Assembly (NCBI GenBank): GCA_963776245.1
Contig: CAVZLN010000003.1
Location: forward strand, 1,056,001 to 1,120,000
DNA from: Candidatus Eiseniibacteriota bacterium
GTDB lineage: Bacteria > Eisenbacteria > RBG-16-71-46
Direction of reading: 5' to 3'
Length of the DNA stretch: 64,000 bases
The notes beneath the pieces are model-generated. The model searched no databases. It had not been told where the DNA came from and worked only from the letters and a program-made list of their open reading frames with translations. The translations under genes were made by a program, and so were the position numbers. Shown here piece by piece: positions 19,336 through 29,636 of this stretch (position 1 is its first letter; each line of letters starts with the position of its first letter).

Positions 19336-20580
19336 ATGGCAGGCACGGCCGAACGCATCCGCATGAAGAACCCGCTGGTCGAGATGGACGGCGACGAGAT
19401 GACCCGCGTCATCTGGACCCTGGTGAAGCAGCACCTGCTCGAGCCGTTCGTCGAGCTGAAGCTCGAGCCGTACGACCTCTACCTGCCGAACCGCGACGCC
19501 ACCGACGACGCGGTCACCTCCCGGGCGGCCGAGGCCATCCGCAAGCACCGCGTCGGCGTCAAGTGCGCCACCATCACGCCCGATGCCGCGCGCGTGAAGG
19601 AGTACAACCTCAAGAAGGCCTGGCCGAGCCCCAACGGCACCATCCGCGCCATCCTCGACGGCACCGTGTTCCGCAAGCCGATCGTGGTGAGCAACGTGCC
19701 GCCGATGGTGCGCTCGTGGAAGAAGCCCATCACCATCGGCCGCCACGCCTACGGCGACGTGTATCGCGACGTCGAGCTCAAGGTGCCGGGCCCCGGGCAC
19801 GTCGAGATGCGCTACCTGCCGGCCGACGGCAGCCCGGGCCAGAACGTGACGGTGTTCGACTTCACCGGCCCCGGCATCATCATGGGCCAGCACAACACCG
19901 AGAAGTCGATCCGCTCGTTCGCGCGCGCCTGCGTCGAGTACGCGCTGGCCGAGCGCATCGACATGTGGTTCGCCGCCAAGGACACGATCAGCAAGATCTA
20001 CCACGCGCGCTTCAAGGAGATCTTCCGCGAGGAGGTCGACGCACGGAAGGCCGACCTCGAACGGGCTGGCGTCACCTATCAGTACCTGCTCATCGACGAC
20101 GCGGTCGCGCGCGTCATGCGCCACGAGGGCGGGTTCCTGTGGGCGTGCCGCAACTACGACGGCGACGTGATGAGCGACATGCTGGCCTCGGGCTACGGCA
20201 GTCTCGGGCTGATGACCTCGGTGCTGGTCTCGCCGGAGGGCAACTTCGAGTACGAGGCCGCGCACGGCACGGTGCAGCGCCACTACTACCAGCACCAGAA
20301 GGGCGAGAAGACCTCGACCAACTCCACCGCCACGATCTTCGCGTGGTCGGGCGCGCTGGGGAAGCGCGGCGAGCTCGACGGCACCCCGGAGCTCACGCGG
20401 TTCGCGAAGCACCTCGAGTCCGCGGTGATCGAGACCATCGAGGCGGGGCGGGTCACCAAGGACCTCGCGCTCATCGCCGAGCCCCGGCCGTCCGGCTGGC
20501 TGGACACCGAGGGCTTCATCACCGCGATCGCCGAGCGGCTGAGGGCGCGGGTGGCCCCGTCGGCCGCGAGCGCGCGGTAG
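19336..20580 (+). CDS. icd: NADP-dependent isocitrate dehydrogenase (type II, eukaryote-like)
   Basis: [54 protein letters not shown]. Confidence 0.97.
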   Translation: MAGTAERIRMKNPLVEMDGDEMTRVIWTLVKQHLLEPFVELKLEPYDLYLPNRDATDDAVTSRAAEAIRKHRVGVKCATITPDAARVKEYNLKKAWPSPNGTIRAILDGTVFRKPIVVSNVPPMVRSWKKPITIGRHAYGDVYRDVELKVPGPGHVEMRYLPADGSPGQNVTVFDFTGPGIIMGQHNTEKSIRSFARACVEYALAERIDMWFAAKDTISKIYHARFKEIFREEVDARKADLERAGVTYQYLLIDDAVARVMRHEGGFLWACRNYDGDVMSDMLASGYGSLGLMTSVLVSPEGNFEYEAAHGTVQRHYYQHQKGEKTSTNSTATIFAWSGALGKRGELDGTPELTRFAKHLESAVIETIEAGRVTKDLALIAEPRPSGWLDTEGFITAIAERLRARVAPSAASAR

Positions 20581-20596
20581 CGGCGCCAAGGCGCTT

Positions 20597-21652
20597 ATGA
20601 AGATCCTCGTCCTCGGCGGCGGCCAGCAGGGGCGCGTCATCGCGGCCGACCTGGCCCGCGCGCTGCCCGCCGCCACGATCGACGTGGCCGACGTGCGCGA
20701 CCCGCGCCTGCCGGCGCTCCCCAACCTGCGCTTCGTCGAGGCCGACGGCGGCGATGTCGAAGGCGTCGCGCGCCTGATGCGAGGGCACGACCTCGCGGTG
20801 GGCGCGCTGCCCGCGCGCCTCGGCTATGGCGTGATGCAGGCCGCGATCGCGGCGCGGCGGCCGCTGGTGGACGTCTCGTTCTGCGAGCAGGACCCGCTCA
20901 CGCTCGACGTCGCGGCGCGCGCCGCCGGCGTCGCCATCCTGCCCGATGCCGGACTGGCCCCTGGGCTGTCGCACCTGTCGGTGGGCCACGCGGTCGCGGC
21001 GGGCACGCCCGACGAGGTCCTCATCATGGTCGGGGGTGTCGCCGCGGACCGCGCGGCGCCCTACGGCTACGTCGTGACGTGGTCGATCGAGGACCTGCTG
21101 GCCGAGTACACGCGGCCCGCGCGGGTGGTGATCGACGGCTCCCCCGCCACCATCCCCGTCTTCAGCGGGCTCACCGCGGTCGAGGTCGCGGGCGTCGGCA
21201 CCCTGGAGGCGTTCTACAGCGACGGGTTGCGCACCCTGGTCGAGACCGTGCCCGGCGTCCGTACCATGGGCGAGATGACGCTGCGCTGGCCGGGCCACGT
21301 CGCCGCCATCCAGCCGCTGCTGGCCGCCGGCACGCTGGTCGAGACCCTGCGGTCGCGCTGCGTGGCCGAGCCGGCGCTTGACCTGGTGGCGCTCGTCGTG
21401 CGGGTGCGCCGTGGGCCGCGCACGCGCACCCTCACGCTGGTGGACCGCTACGACCCGACGAGCGGGCTCACCGCGATGGCGCGCACCACCGCGCTCACCA
21501 CGTCGGTGACCGCGCAGCTGGTGGCGGCGGGGCTGGTGCGAACGCGCGGCGTGCTGCCGCTCGAGCGCGTCGGCGGGGACCCGGCGGTGTGGGCGTTCAT
21601 GACCGCGGGACTCGCCGCCCGGGGCGTCCGGCTGGCGTGGGAAGAGTCGTGA
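20597..21652 (+). CDS. Saccharopine dehydrogenase/lysine 6-dehydrogenase family protein
   Basis: ILVLGGGQQG, DAGLAPGLS, YVVTWS..DLL.EYTRPA, LEAFYSDGLRTL, TLRWPGH, TAMARTT. Confidence 0.88.
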   Translation: MKILVLGGGQQGRVIAADLARALPAATIDVADVRDPRLPALPNLRFVEADGGDVEGVARLMRGHDLAVGALPARLGYGVMQAAIAARRPLVDVSFCEQDPLTLDVAARAAGVAILPDAGLAPGLSHLSVGHAVAAGTPDEVLIMVGGVAADRAAPYGYVVTWSIEDLLAEYTRPARVVIDGSPATIPVFSGLTAVEVAGVGTLEAFYSDGLRTLVETVPGVRTMGEMTLRWPGHVAAIQPLLAAGTLVETLRSRCVAEPALDLVALVVRVRRGPRTRTLTLVDRYDPTSGLTAMARTTALTTSVTAQLVAAGLVRTRGVLPLERVGGDPAVWAFMTAGLAARGVRLAWEES

Positions 21653-21656
21653 GCGC

Positions 21657-22862
21657 GTGAGCGTGAACGGCCTGCTCGGGATCCAGGTCCGCGAGGGGCA
21701 CCCCGATTTCCTCGACCTGCCGTGGGACCGGGCGCTCGGCGCCTGGCCCGGCGCGTGCGACCGCCTGGTCGAGGTGGAGCGCGGCCGGTCGCGCCACGAG
21801 GTGCGGTTCGTGGGCTACCGGCAGGGCGTGTACGCGCTCAAGGAGCTGCCGACCGGAGTGGCCGAGCGCGAGTACGACGCGCTGCGCGCGCTCGAGGACC
21901 GCGAGCTGCCGGCGGTCCGCGCGGTCGCGCACGCGCGGGCGCGCCACGCCCCGGGGCTCGAGGGCGAGACCAGCGTGCTCGTGACACGCTACCTCGACGA
22001 CTCGGTGCCCTACCGCACGCTGTTCGTGCAGCAGGGTATGGAGCGCTATCGCCAACGCCTGCTCGACGCGGTGGCGAGCCTGCTCGTGAAGCTCCACCTG
22101 GGCGGCGTCTACTGGGGCGACTGCTCGCTCTCGAACACCCTGTTCCGCCGCGACGCGGGCGAGCTGCAGACCACGCTGGTGGACGCCGAGACCGCCGAGA
22201 CGCACGAGGGCCTCTCCGAAGGCCAGCGCCGCCAGGACCTGGCGATCATGGAGGCGAACATGGGCGGCGAGCTCGCCGACCTCGCGGCCCTGGTCGAACT
22301 GCCGCCCGGGCTCGCCTCGTCGGACACCGGCGCGAACATCCGCCAGCGCTACGAACGCCTGTGGAGCGAGATCACGCGCGCCGAGCTGATCGCGCCGGCC
22401 GACCGGTGGCGCATCCCCGCGCGCATCCGCGCGCTCAACGACCTCGGCTTCTCGGTGAGCGAGGTCGAGCTGGTGGCGACCGGCGAGGTGGACCGGCTGC
22501 GCATGCGCCCCATCGTCACCGATCGCGACTACCACCGCCGCACGCTCCACAGCCTCACCGGCATCGTCGCCGCCGACCGGCAGGCCGCCCTGATGCTCAA
22601 CGAGGTGCGCGAACGGCGCGCCACGCTGGCGCGCGAACGCGGGCAGAACGTGCCCACCAGCGTGGCCGCGTTCCACTGGCGGGAGCACGACTTCGAGCCC
22701 GCCCTCGCGCGCCTGGCGCCCGCGCTCGAGGCGGTGGGCGACCCGGCGGAGCTCTACTGCCAGATGCTGGAGCACAAGTGGTACCTGTCGGAGCGCGCCC
22801 AGCGCGACGTCGGCCTGGACTTCGCGATCGGCGACTACCTGGAGCGCTTCCAGGGGGTGTGA
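21657..22862 (+). CDS. DUF4032 domain protein with Kdo/LPS-kinase-like N-terminal domain
   Basis: LLDLPW-like start, SRHEVRFV, LHLGGVYWGDCSLSNTLFRRDAG, LVDAET, LEHKWYLSE. Confidence 0.8.
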   Translation: MSVNGLLGIQVREGHPDFLDLPWDRALGAWPGACDRLVEVERGRSRHEVRFVGYRQGVYALKELPTGVAEREYDALRALEDRELPAVRAVAHARARHAPGLEGETSVLVTRYLDDSVPYRTLFVQQGMERYRQRLLDAVASLLVKLHLGGVYWGDCSLSNTLFRRDAGELQTTLVDAETAETHEGLSEGQRRQDLAIMEANMGGELADLAALVELPPGLASSDTGANIRQRYERLWSEITRAELIAPADRWRIPARIRALNDLGFSVSEVELVATGEVDRLRMRPIVTDRDYHRRTLHSLTGIVAADRQAALMLNEVRERRATLARERGQNVPTSVAAFHWREHDFEPALARLAPALEAVGDPAELYCQMLEHKWYLSERAQRDVGLDFAIGDYLERFQGV

Positions 22863-23000
22863 GCGCCCGCCCGGGCGACCCACCATCGTCGCGAGGGGCC
22901 CCCTGCCGGGCCGGCGGGCCGGGCGCGTCCCCGGACGGGCCAGCGGCGCCAGGGCCGCCATCGCCCGCCCATCAAGGTGCCGGACGACGGAGCCTTCGAC

Positions 23001-23029
23001 TTCACTAACTCGCATGAATCTGTTAGGTT
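23001..23029 (+). promoter_or_regulatory. Putative sigma70-type promoter of the merR-suf operon
   Basis: TTCACT-N17-TAGGTT with extended -10 TG, in a locally AT-richer patch. Overlapped by the dyad CTAAC-N12-GTTAG (23005-23026). Confidence 0.5.
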
Positions 23030-23039
23030 CTGGTCGCAA

Positions 23040-23057
23040 TCTAACGCTAGCGTGAGG
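23040..23057. promoter_or_regulatory. Putative MerR-family operator (dyad)
   Basis: TCTAACGCTAGCGTGAGG with perfect core palindrome ACGCTAGCGT. 12/18 identical to the SoxR box CCTCAAGTTAACTTGAGG; overlaps the merR RBS. Confidence 0.5.
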
Positions 23058-23067
23058 GTACGACTTG

Positions 23068-23619
23068 GTGACTGACACGAACGGCAAGACGCAGCTCCTG
23101 AAGGTGGGGGACCTGGCGCGGGCCACCGGCAAGACGGTCCGGGCGATCCACCTGTACGAGGAGCTCGGGCTGCTCCAGCCCGCGACCCGGTCCAGCGGCG
23201 GATTCCGCCTCTACGATCCGGTGGCGGCGGAGCGCGTGCGTTGGATCGACCTGCTCCACGGGCTCGGCTTCTCGCTCCAGGAGATGCGGCGGCTGCTCCG
23301 ATCGTGGTGGGCCGCCGATCTCGGCCCCGAGGCCATGGGCGAGCTGCGAGCGCTGTTCACCCGGAAGCTCGAGGCGACGCGCGAGTCACTGTTGCGCTTC
23401 GAACAGCTCGAGCGCGAACTGGTCGAGGGCCTGTCGTACCTCGAGACCTGCCGGGAGTGCGCGTCGCCCTCGACCGTGCGCGCCTGCCTGAAGTGCGGCC
23501 TCGATCACGGGACCGCCACCGAGCCCGCGCTGCTGGCGGGCCTGAAGTCCGCTCCCGACGCGGGGCGCAAGTCGCCCCGCAGCGGGTTCGTCCGCGTCGA
23601 TGACATCTCGAGCGAGTGA
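23068..23619 (+). CDS. MerR-family transcriptional regulator with C-terminal C-x2-C-x8-C-x2-C motif
   Basis: LKVGDLARATGKTVRAIHLYEELGLL.P..RS.GGFRLY HTH, GFSLQEM, coiled coil, then CRECASPSTVRACLKC. Confidence 0.92.
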   Translation: MTDTNGKTQLLKVGDLARATGKTVRAIHLYEELGLLQPATRSSGGFRLYDPVAAERVRWIDLLHGLGFSLQEMRRLLRSWWAADLGPEAMGELRALFTRKLEATRESLLRFEQLERELVEGLSYLETCRECASPSTVRACLKCGLDHGTATEPALLAGLKSAPDAGRKSPRSGFVRVDDISSE

Positions 23620-23620
23620 C

Positions 23621-23986
23621 ATGGATCTTCCCATCGTCGGCACCGATACCCCCGCGTCCCTGGAGGACGTCGTCCGATTCACTCCGCTCGCCGCCGAGAA
23701 GGCGCGCGAGATGCTCGCGCAGCACGGCGCGCCGGCCCTGCGGCTCGGGGTCCGCGGCGGCGGGTGTTCGGGCAACTCCTACGTGATGGAGTACTGCCAG
23801 CAGGAGGGCGAGGGCGACCTCATCATCGCGAGCCACGGCGTCCGGCTGGTGGTGGACCGCAAGAGCGCGGTGCTCCTGACCGGCACCGAGATCGACTACG
23901 TGAACGGCCTGATGGGCTCCGGTTTCAAGTTCAACAACCCTCACGTGCGCCACTCGTGCTCGTGCGGGGAATCCTTCTCGGTCTGA
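23621..23986 (+). CDS. sufA: A-type Fe-S carrier (HesB/IscA/SufA)
   Basis: [29 protein letters not shown]...SCSCGESFS. Confidence 0.93.
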   Translation: MDLPIVGTDTPASLEDVVRFTPLAAEKAREMLAQHGAPALRLGVRGGGCSGNSYVMEYCQQEGEGDLIIASHGVRLVVDRKSAVLLTGTEIDYVNGLMGSGFKFNNPHVRHSCSCGESFSV

Positions 23987-24086
23987 CCCCGGGATCCGAC
24001 ATCCACGGGGCGACGTCCGCCGCGCACGACGCGGCGCTCACGCGCCCCTGAACCGCCGCTCGAACGCGGCAGCGAGAACTTCCACC

Positions 24087-24893
24087 ATGAGCCAGACTCC
24101 CGAACTCGCCGTCCACGACCTGCATGTCGCGGTGGAGGGCAAGGAGATCCTCAAGGGCCTCCACCTCGAGGTCCGCAAGGGCGAGGTCCACGCCATCATG
24201 GGCCCGAACGGCTCGGGCAAGAGCACGTTCGCGAACACGCTCATGGGCCACCCGAAGTACGAGGTGACGTCCGGCGACATCCTCTACAAGGGCGCCAGCA
24301 TCCTCGAGCTCAAGACCGACGAGCGCTCGCGCGCCGGGCTGTTCATGGCGTTCCAGTACCCGGTCGCCATCCCCGGCCTGACGATGGCGTCGTTCCTGCG
24401 CGCCGCGCTCAACGCGCGCCTCGCTCCGCCGGCGGCCGAGGACGGCTCGATGCCCCGGAAGCGCGGCATCTCGCCCAAGGACTTCCGCGACCTCCTGCGC
24501 GAGAAGATGGCGGTGCTCAAGATGGACGAGTCGTTCGCCACCCGCTACCTGAACGACGGCTTCTCGGGTGGCGAGAAGAAGCGCGCCGAGATCCTGCAGA
24601 TGGCGCTGCTCAAGCCCGAGATCGCGATCATGGACGAGACCGATTCCGGCCTCGACATCGACGCGCTGCGCGTGGTGTCCGAGGGCGTCAACGCGCTCAG
24701 CGGCCCCGACCTGGGCGTGATCGTGATCACCCACTACAACCGCATCCTGAACTACATCAAGCCCGACCACGTGCACGTCATGGTCGACGGCCGCATCCAG
24801 GCATCGGGCGGCGCCGAGATGGCGCTCACGCTCGAGGACCGGGGCTACGACTGGGTGCGCGAGGGGAACGGCAAGGAGGTCGCGGCGCGATGA
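24087..24893 (+). CDS. sufC: Fe-S assembly ATPase SufC
   Basis: [53 protein letters not shown]. Confidence 0.98.
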   Translation: MSQTPELAVHDLHVAVEGKEILKGLHLEVRKGEVHAIMGPNGSGKSTFANTLMGHPKYEVTSGDILYKGASILELKTDERSRAGLFMAFQYPVAIPGLTMASFLRAALNARLAPPAAEDGSMPRKRGISPKDFRDLLREKMAVLKMDESFATRYLNDGFSGGEKKRAEILQMALLKPEIAIMDETDSGLDIDALRVVSEGVNALSGPDLGVIVITHYNRILNYIKPDHVHVMVDGRIQASGGAEMALTLEDRGYDWVREGNGKEVAAR

Positions 24894-26299
24894 GCACCGA
24901 ACCGCAGCTCGACCTGAACGATTCCTACGAAGTGAAGTACGGCTTCCACGACACCGAGCAGTCGGTGTTCAAGTCGCGCAAGGGCCTCGACGCCGAGATC
25001 GTCGCGCAGATCTCCGATCTCAAGGGCGAGCCGAAGTGGATGCGGGACTACCGGCTCAAGGCGTTCGAGATCTTCCAGCAGAAGCCGATGCCCACGTGGG
25101 GCGGCGACGTCGGCGCGATCGACTTCCAGGACATCTACTACTACGTGAAGCCGACCTCCGAGGAGGCGAAGTCCTGGGACGACGTGCCCGCGGACATGAA
25201 GCGCACGTTCGACAAGCTCGGCATCCCCGAGGCCGAGCAGAAGTTCCTCTCGGGCGTGGGGGCGCAGTACGACTCCGAGGTCGTCTACCACAAGATCAAG
25301 GAGAACCTCGAGAAGCAGGGCGTGCTGTTCCTGTCGTGCGACCACGGGCTCCAGCAGCACGAGGAGCTGTTCAAGCAGTACTTCGGCACCGTGATCCCGG
25401 CGAACGACAACAAGTTCTCGGCGCTCAACTCGGCGGTGTGGTCGGGCGGCTCGTTCATCTACGTGCCCAAGGGCGTGCACGTGGACGTGCCGCTGCAGGC
25501 GTACTTCCGGATCAACACGCGCGACATGGGGCAGTTCGAGCGCACCCTCATCATCGTGGACGAGGGCGCGTACGTGCACTACGTCGAGGGGTGCACCGCG
25601 CCGACCTACTCGAGCGACTCGCTCCATTCCGCGGTGGTCGAGATCATCGTGAAGCCGGGCGGCCGCTGCCGCTACACCACCATCCAGAACTGGTCGAGCA
25701 ACGTCTACAACCTCGTCACCAAGCGCGCGCTCGCCTACCGCGACGCCACCATGGAGTGGGTCGACGGGAATCTCGGGTCCAAGCTCACGATGAAGTATCC
25801 CGCGGTGTGGATGATGGAGCCGGGCGCGCACGGGGAGATCCTCTCGATCGCGTTCGCCGGCAAGGGCCAGCACCAGGACGCCGGCGCGAAGGTGGTGCAT
25901 CTGGCGCCCGACACCTCGAGCAAGATCGTCTCCAAGTCCATCAGCAAGGATGGCGGCCGCGCGGGCTATCGCGGGCTGGTGAAGGTGGCGAAGGGCGCGG
26001 TGAACTCGCGCAGCACGGTGAACTGCGACGCGCTGATCCTCGACGAGCAGTCGCGCTCGGACACCTATCCCACGATGGAGATCGAGGAGGACCGGGTCAC
26101 CATCGGGCACGAGGCGACGGTGTCCAAGATCGGCGACGAGCAGCTGTTCTACCTGATGGCGCGCGGGATCTCCGCCGAGGAGGCCGCCGCGATGATCGTC
26201 GCGGGCTTCATCGAGCCGGTGGTGAAGGAGCTGCCGATGGAATACGCGGTGGAGATGAACCGCCTGATCCAGCTGCAGATGGAGGGCTCGGTCGGATGA
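24890..26299 (+). CDS. sufB: Fe-S assembly scaffold SufB
   Basis: [58 protein letters not shown]. Confidence 0.98.
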   Translation: MSTEPQLDLNDSYEVKYGFHDTEQSVFKSRKGLDAEIVAQISDLKGEPKWMRDYRLKAFEIFQQKPMPTWGGDVGAIDFQDIYYYVKPTSEEAKSWDDVPADMKRTFDKLGIPEAEQKFLSGVGAQYDSEVVYHKIKENLEKQGVLFLSCDHGLQQHEELFKQYFGTVIPANDNKFSALNSAVWSGGSFIYVPKGVHVDVPLQAYFRINTRDMGQFERTLIIVDEGAYVHYVEGCTAPTYSSDSLHSAVVEIIVKPGGRCRYTTIQNWSSNVYNLVTKRALAYRDATMEWVDGNLGSKLTMKYPAVWMMEPGAHGEILSIAFAGKGQHQDAGAKVVHLAPDTSSKIVSKSISKDGGRAGYRGLVKVAKGAVNSRSTVNCDALILDEQSRSDTYPTMEIEEDRVTIGHEATVSKIGDEQLFYLMARGISAEEAAAMIVAGFIEPVVKELPMEYAVEMNRLIQLQMEGSVG

Positions 26300-27636
26300 C
26301 GACGACGGACCTCCGTACCGCGAACGCCGCGCAGGCGGCGGCCTGGCCGGCGCTGGCCGAAGCGCGCGCGGCGCAGCACCGCGAGCCCGCGTGGGCGCTC
26401 GAGAAGCGCCGCGCCGCCGCCCGCATCGGCGCCACGCTGGCGTTCCCGGACCGCCTGCAGGAGCTGTGGCGTCGCACCGACTTCGGCTCGCTCGCGCTCG
26501 GGGACCTGGCCCCGTTCGCCCCCGCCACGCGGGCGCGCAACGTGGACGACCTTCCCGCTCCGATCGTGGAGCGCCTGGCGGCCGACGCCGCGGCGGTGGC
26601 GCTGCTGGTGCAGCGCGACGGCGAGGTGGTGCTCGAGCAGACCCATCCGGAGCTCGAGCGGCAGGGTGTCATCGTGTGCTCGATGGAGCGCGCGCTGCGC
26701 GAGCACGGCGACAAGCTCCGGGCGCGCCTCGGCGCGCTGGTCGAGCCCGGCCACGACGCGTTCACCGCGCTGCATGCCGCGGTGCGCGCGGGCGGCGCGT
26801 TCGTGTGGGTGCCTGACGGCGTGGAGGCCGCGGTGCCGATCCGGCTGTTCCAGTGGATCGACGGCCCGGGCGTGCTGAACGCGCCGGCGACCGTGATCGT
26901 GGTGGGCGCCAACGCGCAGGCGACCGTGCTCGAGGACCAGCTCTCCTCCGGATTCGATGGCGTGTCGTTCCACGCCGGCTCCACCGAGGTGTTCGTAGGG
27001 GACGGCGCCCGCCTGGTGTTCGCCACCGACGAGGAATGGGGACGCAGCGTCGTCCACTACTCGAACCAGCGCGCCACCGTCGGCCGCGATGCCGAGCTCC
27101 AGTGGGTGCAGAACCTGCTCGGGGCGCGGATGGTGAAGACGAACTCGTACTTCGACATGGCGGGGCAGGGCGCGCGCGCGTATGTGCATGGCTTCATGTT
27201 CGGGGACGCGCGCCAGCACTTCGACCTGCACACGCTCCAGCGTCATCTGCAGCCCAACACCACCAGCGACCTGCTCATCAAGACGGCGCTCAAGGACCGC
27301 GCGCGCAGCGTCTATCAGGGGCTGATCCAGGTGAGCGAGGGGGCGCAGCGCACCGACGCCTACCAGGCGAACCGCAACCTGCTGCTCTCCGACACCGCGC
27401 GGGCGGACAGCATCCCGGGCCTCGAGATCCTCGCCAACGACGTGCGCTGCACCCATGGCGCGACCATCGGGCAGGTGGACGAGGAGCAGATGTACTATCT
27501 GCTGGCGCGCGGCCTGCGCCGGAACGAGGCCCAGCGGCTGATCGTCGAGGGGTTCTTCGCGCCGGTGCTCGACCGCATCCCGCTGGAGGCCGTGCGCGAA
27601 CGCCTGCGACACGCCATCCAGCAGAAGATCGGTTAG
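26296..27636 (+). CDS. sufD: Fe-S assembly protein SufD
   Basis: [50 protein letters not shown]. Confidence 0.95.
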   Translation: MTTTDLRTANAAQAAAWPALAEARAAQHREPAWALEKRRAAARIGATLAFPDRLQELWRRTDFGSLALGDLAPFAPATRARNVDDLPAPIVERLAADAAAVALLVQRDGEVVLEQTHPELERQGVIVCSMERALREHGDKLRARLGALVEPGHDAFTALHAAVRAGGAFVWVPDGVEAAVPIRLFQWIDGPGVLNAPATVIVVGANAQATVLEDQLSSGFDGVSFHAGSTEVFVGDGARLVFATDEEWGRSVVHYSNQRATVGRDAELQWVQNLLGARMVKTNSYFDMAGQGARAYVHGFMFGDARQHFDLHTLQRHLQPNTTSDLLIKTALKDRARSVYQGLIQVSEGAQRTDAYQANRNLLLSDTARADSIPGLEILANDVRCTHGATIGQVDEEQMYYLLARGLRRNEAQRLIVEGFFAPVLDRIPLEAVRERLRHAIQQKIG

Positions 27637-27640
27637 AGCC

Positions 27641-28906
27641 ATGACGCACGCCGCCGGGCCGGCCGGGACCGCTCCGCCCCGCACCTTCGATGCGCACGCG
27701 ATCCGCGCCAAGTTCCCGATCTTCCGGGAGCCGCGCGAGACGCCGCTCGTGTATCTCGACAGCGCCGCCACCTCGCAGAAGCCGGACGCGGTGCTCGAGG
27801 CGATGGATCGCTACTACGCCACCATCAACTCGAACATCCACCGCGGGGTCTACCGCATCGCCGAACAGGCGACCGCGGCGTTCGAGGACGCGCGTGCCCG
27901 CGTGGCGCGCTTCGTCCACGCGCCGAGCCCGCGCGAGGTGATCTTCACGCGCAACAGCACCGAGGCCATCAACCTCGTCGCGTACGCATGGGGCCGCGCA
28001 TTCACGTCGAGGGGCGACGCGATCCTGCTGACCGAGATGGAGCACCACTCGAACCTGGTGCCGTGGCAGCTCCTGGCCGCGGAACGCGGGCTCGAACTGC
28101 GCTTCATCCCGGTGACGCCCGGCGGCGAGCTCGAGCTCGCCGCGCTGCCGCGCCTGCTGGGCGATGGCCGGGTGAAGCTCGCGTCGTTCATCCACGTCTC
28201 GAACGTGCTCGGCACGGTGAACGACGCCGCCGCGATCGCGCGCGCCGCGAAGGCCGCGGGCGCGACCGTGCTGGTGGACGCCTCGCAGAGCGTGCCGCAC
28301 ATGCCGGTGGACGTGCAGGCGCTGGGCGCGGACTTCGTCGCGTTCACCGGGCACAAGATGCTCGGTCCGACCGGGATCGGCGTGCTGTGGGGGCGCCGCG
28401 CGCTGCTCGAGGCGATGCCGCCGTTCCTCGGCGGCGGCGAGATGATCCGCGAGGTCAAGCTCACCGAGTCGAAGTGGAACGACCTGCCATGGAAGTTCGA
28501 GGCCGGCACCATGGCGATCGCCGAGGCCATCGGGCTCGGCGCCGCGGTGGACTTCCTCGACGACCTGGGACCGGACGCGGTGTTCGCCCACGACCAGGCG
28601 CTGGCCGCGCTCGCCATGGAGCGTCTCGCCGAGGTGAAGGGCGTGCGTGTGCTCGGTCCGCCGCCGCACCGGCGCGGCGGGGTGGTGGCGTTCACGCTCG
28701 AGGGCGTGCACCCGCACGATCTCGCCACCGTGCTCGACGCGGGCGGCGTGGCGGTGCGGGCGGGGCATCACTGCGCGATGCCGTTGCACGAGAAGCTCGG
28801 CGTGCCGGCCTCGGCGCGCGCCTCGTTCCACTGCTATTCGGTGCCCGAGGACGTCGATGCGCTGATCCGGGGCGTGCGCCGCGCCAGCGAGGTGTTCGGG
28901 CGATGA
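27641..28906 (+). CDS. sufS: Cysteine desulfurase SufS
   Basis: YLDSAATSQKP, EMEHHSNLVPW, TGHKMLGPTG (PLP Lys), RAGHHCA (group II). Confidence 0.97.
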   Translation: MTHAAGPAGTAPPRTFDAHAIRAKFPIFREPRETPLVYLDSAATSQKPDAVLEAMDRYYATINSNIHRGVYRIAEQATAAFEDARARVARFVHAPSPREVIFTRNSTEAINLVAYAWGRAFTSRGDAILLTEMEHHSNLVPWQLLAAERGLELRFIPVTPGGELELAALPRLLGDGRVKLASFIHVSNVLGTVNDAAAIARAAKAAGATVLVDASQSVPHMPVDVQALGADFVAFTGHKMLGPTGIGVLWGRRALLEAMPPFLGGGEMIREVKLTESKWNDLPWKFEAGTMAIAEAIGLGAAVDFLDDLGPDAVFAHDQALAALAMERLAEVKGVRVLGPPPHRRGGVVAFTLEGVHPHDLATVLDAGGVAVRAGHHCAMPLHEKLGVPASARASFHCYSVPEDVDALIRGVRRASEVFGR

Positions 28907-29319
28907 GCGGGTGGGACGACCTGTACCGCGAGAACATCCTCGACCACTACAAACATCCGCGTAACCAGGGAACGCTCGAGCATCCCGACATCACGTTCGA
29001 GGACGCGAACCCGCTGTGCGGCGACCGGCTGCGAATGGACTTCCGCATCGCCGACGGGCGCATCGCCGAGGTCCGCTTCTCCGGCACCGGGTGCTCGATC
29101 AGCCAGGCCTCGGCCTCGATGCTGTGCGAGCGCGTCGAGGGCCGGACGCTGGAGGAGGTCAAGTCGCTCACGCGCGAGGACATGCTCGGGATGCTCGGCA
29201 TCGACCTCGGGCCGGTGCGCCTCAAGTGCGCGCTGCTCGCCCTCAAGACGCTCAAGTCCGCGGTCTACGGGATGACCCCGTGGCCGGGCGAGGACGAGGA
29301 CGCGGAGCCCGGACCATGA
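28903..29319 (+). CDS. sufU: SufU/IscU-type scaffold or sulfur-transfer protein
   Basis: LYRENILDHY.HPRN.G, NPLCGD, GCSISQAS, RLKCA. Confidence 0.92.
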   Translation: MSGWDDLYRENILDHYKHPRNQGTLEHPDITFEDANPLCGDRLRMDFRIADGRIAEVRFSGTGCSISQASASMLCERVEGRTLEEVKSLTREDMLGMLGIDLGPVRLKCALLALKTLKSAVYGMTPWPGEDEDAEPGP

Positions 29320-29636
29320 GCGCGGCGGCCGGCTTCGTGACCGTGGCGCGGGTCGGGGACATCCCCGAGGGCGGCGTCAAGGTGACCTACGTCGACGGCG
29401 TGGCGGTCGCCGTGTTCCACGTCGGCGGGGAGTACTTCGCGATCGAGGACGTGTGCACCCACGACGGCGGTCCGCTCGCGGAGGGCGCGCTCGCGGGCCA
29501 CATCATCGAGTGCCCGCGCCATGGGGCGCGGTTCGACATCCGCACCGGCGCGGTGAAGGCGATGCCCGCGACCTCGCCGGTGCCGACCTACGCCGTGCGC
29601 GTGCAGGACGGCGACATCCTTGTGGGGTGGTCATGA
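29316..29636 (+). CDS. Rieske-type ferredoxin
   Basis: CTHDGGPL...IECPRHGARFD..TG. Confidence 0.93.
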   Translation: MSAAAGFVTVARVGDIPEGGVKVTYVDGVAVAVFHVGGEYFAIEDVCTHDGGPLAEGALAGHIIECPRHGARFDIRTGAVKAMPATSPVPTYAVRVQDGDILVGWS

